Source: Acinetobacter wanghuae (GTDB taxonomy: Bacteria > Pseudomonadota > Gammaproteobacteria > Pseudomonadales > Moraxellaceae). Taken from it: a stretch of DNA of 32,000 bases. The translations under genes and the position numbers were made by a program. Location of the stretch: the NCBI RefSeq assembly GCF_009557235.1, contig NZ_CP045650.1:1650001-1682000 (forward strand). The letters are read 5' to 3'. Below, piece after piece: positions 28,938 to 32,000 of the stretch. Position 1 is the stretch's first letter, and each line of letters opens with the position of its first letter. The notes under the pieces are model-generated. The model was not told the DNA's origin. It made no database searches and saw only the letters and a program-made list of their open reading frames with translations.

Positions 28938-31900
28938 TTTTTAAGCTGCCTATTCGGCAGTGAACAGCGGTATATCGTTTACAGATTCGTTTTGAATTTT
29001 CTCAGCTGCCTACATGGCAGTGAACCATAGAACGTTGGGTTCGACGCATTAACTACATTTCTAAGCTGCCTATATGGCAGTGAGCATCGGTAAATTTCTT
29101 GCTAAAAATGCTGCAATTTTCTAAGCTGCCTATATGGCAGTGAGCATCGGTAAATTTCTTGCTAAAAATGCTGCAATTTTCTAAGCTGCCTATATGGCAG
29201 TGAACAAAGAATTAAAAAAGGGTCGTCCTGTATTCACTTTCTAAGCTGCCTATATGGCAGTGAACGCAGTAGCAGAATCTTTAAGCCGAATAACAACATT
29301 TCTAAGCTGCCTATATGGCAGTGAACCAAAAACCCCTAGCCCCACATTATTAAAAATATTTCTAAGCTGCCTATATGGCAGTGAACATTGCATGCGATTT
29401 TCTAAAGAAAATATCCACTTTCTAAGCTGCCTATATGGCAGTGAACAACAAGACAGGTGAAGCGCGATTTATTAAGAATTTTCTAAGCTGCCTATATGGC
29501 AGTGAACTTTTTAATTAAGTAAATTTGGCTCATAGAATCTTTCTAAGTTGCCTATATGGCAGTGAACAGACATCCTCAGCGGACATCCCTTCGTATTTAT
29601 TTTCTAAGCTGCCTATATGGCAGTGAACTCATCAACAAGCACGACACGTAGCTTTGTGATTTTCTAAGCTGCCTATATGGCAGTGAACCGGATCAACTGA
29701 TTCAGCGCGTCAAAGATTTATTTCTAAGCTGCCTATATGGCAGTGAACCTTATACAGCACTCTTGGTATACATAGACAATTTTCTAAGCTGCCTATATGG
29801 CAGTGAACGTTGTTAATGCCAAAAATAGAGCCAAAGTCACTTTCTAAGCTGCCTATATGGCAGTGAACAGTCCATTGATTCTTGTGCTGTCCAAAGATTT
29901 TTTCTAAGCTGCCTATATGGCAGTGAACCTAGGGCAAGGTATTAATAACGAACCGCTGTTTTTCTAAGCTGCCTATATGGCAGTGAACCTGCAACGTACT
30001 TAATCGCGGGCTTTCGTCTCTTTCTAAGCTGCCTATATGGCAGTGAACAGGTGGGGTTTATGATTGATGAAGATTATCAGTTTCTAAGCTGCCTATATGG
30101 CAGTGAACAACCACGCTGAACGCATGTTTGATATGTATAATTTCTAAGCTGCCTATATGGCAGTGAACCATTATGGGTATTCATAAGCTTTTAGATGATT
30201 TTTCTAAGCTGCCTATATGGCAGTGAACCCAAGGCTGACAAACAAGGGTGGTGGAAACATTTTCTAAGCTGCCTATATGGCAGTGAACTCGATCATCCCA
30301 GTCATTCGTTAATTCTATCGTTTCTAAGCTGCCTATATGGCAGTGAACTACTTTGTAGGTTTCTTATCTTTCCCTTGAAATTTCTAAGCTGCCTATATGG
30401 CAGTGAACTTGTGTGTCTGATTTTCCGACAGCATCTTAGCTTTCTAAGCTGCCTATATGGCAGTGAACGGCGTGATGTTTAAAACACCACCCTCAACTTT
30501 TTTCTAAGCTGCCTATATGGCAGTGAACTTTGATGCATTTACGTTTAAAGAAATTGTTAATTTCTAAGCTGCCTATATGGCAGTGAACTAACAATCCGAA
30601 CTTGTGAACCACTTCTAATATTTCTAAGCTGCCTATATGGCAGTGAACCATCAACATAGTAGCAAAACAACCCACGCACATTTCTAAGCTGCCTATATGG
30701 CAGTGAACACATCACTGATTCAAGCTTACACCCAAATTTATTTCTAAGCTGCCTATATGGCAGTGAACTAAAATTAAAATCATCAGTACCTTTTGAAATA
30801 TTTCTAAGCTGCCTATATGGCAGTGAACGTTCCGTATTTTTATCGTCACGTAGATCTTCATTTCTAAGCTGCCTACATGGCAGTGAACGAATCAACAATG
30901 ATTGAACAGATTGATGCGATTTTCTAAGCTGCCTACATGGCAGTGAACACCATGAAGCGAAAAGCTACCAACTTATAAAATTTCTAAGCTGCCTACATGG
31001 CAGTGAACACACCACAGACACCTTGTAAACGTCTTTGGTTTTTCTAAGCTGCCTACATGGCAGTGAACATTCTGTGATTGGGCTGCAATTGTCTGTGATT
31101 TTTCTAAGCTGCCTACATGGCAGTGAACGTGCTGCGTGGTGAAGAATTCAACTCCGTCATTTTCTAAGCTGCCTACATGGCAGTGAACTCATAACCATTT
31201 TTTGGTTGTCGAGCTTCCGATTTCTAAGCTGCCTACATGGCAGTGAACGGATTGAATGACACCACGCGAGCGGGCAATGATTTCTAAGCTGCCTACATGG
31301 CAGTGAACATTTCTCATTGTTATCTCCAGTGATCGTTACATTTCTAAGCTGCCTACATGGCAGTGAACTTTGGCTTCTCGGAGAGTCCACGTCTTCTAAT
31401 TTTCTAAGCTGCCTACATGGCAGTGAACGTTCCGTATTTTTATCGTCACGTAGATCTTCATTTCTAAGCTGCCTACATGGCAGTGAACTCTTTCCAAAAG
31501 ATCAAGAACTCATTGCATAATTTCTAAGCTGCCTACATGGCAGTGAACTTAGGGGGTAAATAATATGTATTTTTCAGATTTTTCTAAGCTGCCTACATGG
31601 CAGTGAACTGGAAAGTGGCATATTTCCTTTTAAGCATTCATTTCTAAGCTGCCTACATGGCAGTGAACGTAAACCATACGAAATTGAACGTGCAGGCACA
31701 TTTCTAAGCTGCCTACATGGCAGTGAACCCTCGACGCTCTTAACGTCTGGCGATTCATCATTTCTAAGCTGCCTACATGGCAGTGAACTGTTTGATCCAT
31801 CCTCAAGCGTTGCCTTGACTTTTCTAAGCTGCCTACATGGCAGTGAACCCGTGTGCTATGAAGTCGATGAGCCACAGCCTTTTCTAAGCTGCCTACATGG

Positions 31901-32000
31901 CAGTGAACAAGTTATCGTTTATCTACCCCGTCCTTCCCCAATTTCTAAGCTGCCTACATGGCAGTGAACTTATACGATGCCTAAGGCTGATAAACAGGGA
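28938..32000 (-). CRISPR. Type I-F CRISPR array, 51 repeats, truncated by the window end; read on the minus strand with the trailer end at 28938
   Basis: The 28-nt repeat on the + strand is TTTCTAAGCTGCCTA[T/C]ATGGCAGTGAAC. Its reverse complement GTTCACTGCCAT[A/G]TAGGCAGCTTAGAAA is the canonical I-F form, with stem CTGCC/GGCAG and 8-nt handle CTTAGAAA. Spacers are 31-33 nt, mostly 32. Repeats 1-2 (28938, 28998) carry 3 and 2 substitutions, as expected for a trailer end. Repeats 3-32 have the TATATGG variant and repeats 33-51 have TACATGG. Confidence 0.98.

Larger units (their letters stand above)
27400..32000. mobile_element. Putative end of a tRNA-targeting genomic island (att-like tRNA fragment, integrase, CRISPR array); the island continues beyond the window
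   Basis: The chromosomal tRNA terminator and tRNA 3' fragment lie on the left. The integrase and array lie on the side where the tRNA 5' half should be. Confidence 0.5.

Noticed and set aside
29661-29900. A shared 9-mer, CAAAGATTT, at the handle-proximal ends of the spacers 29689-29720 and 29869-29900, as a sign of related protospacers
   Set aside because: The rest of the two spacers does not align, because the spacing between shared short words differs by 3 nt with no phase pattern. It is most likely coincidence in AT-rich sequence.
29254-31875. Seven ORFs in the track inside the CRISPR array (29254-29460, 30195-30482, 30493-30681, 30557-30898, 31157-31390, 31317-31520, 31630-31875)
   Set aside because: Their sequences are periodic translations of the 28-nt repeat (FLSCLYGSE, SLPYRQLRN or HCHIGSLE every 20 aa). 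They are artefacts of a stop-free repeat frame, not genes.
27599-32000. A CRISPR-associated transposon (type I-F3 CAST) or a phage mini-array
   Set aside because: There are no tnsA/B/C or tniQ genes and no Tn7-like ends in the window. The array is long (51 repeats) with canonical repeats, unlike the short atypical arrays of CASTs or phage mini-arrays. The only recombinase present is a tyrosine integrase.

Overview
Low-GC gammaproteobacterial chromosome segment. It looks Acinetobacter-like, judged only from the MutL, HrpA, AhpC and AhpF protein sequences. Positions 1-24.6 kb are densely packed housekeeping genes: mutL (partial), tsaE, two pseudouridine synthases, a DinJ-like antitoxin plus a GNAT, and a PIF1/RecD-like helicase next to a 670-aa PcfJ-like protein. 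These are followed by a hrpA-KASIII-acyltransferase string, ahpC and ahpF split by three unrelated genes, LysE, FxsA, ruvC, acyP, nnr and queG. Positions 24.6-27.4 kb hold small orphan ORFs and an AraC-family regulator. At about 27.4 kb the character changes. There is a 45-nt 3' fragment of a tRNA(CAU) with its terminator but no 5' half. Next comes a P4-type tyrosine integrase. Only 64 bp after its stop, a type I-F CRISPR array begins: 51 repeats of 28 nt with 60-bp units, running out of the window at 32000. The array is read on the minus strand. Its degenerate trailer end faces the integrase, so the leader and any cas genes must lie beyond 32000. The most unusual observations are all in this last part. 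(1) Two decayed, in-phase CRISPR repeat relics lie on the other side of the integrase and tRNA fragment. (2) A hairpin-loop SNP splits the array into two blocks exactly at a spacer that recurs 600 bp away. (3) There is a tandem unit duplication. (4) Two spacers overlap on one target site and differ only at period-3 positions. (5) One internal repeat carries a mutation at the Cas6f cleavage base. No cas, transposase or known defence gene is visible in the window. The helicase/PcfJ-like pair is the only other candidate for an uncharacterised system. Functional names come from motif recognition by eye, not from database searches.
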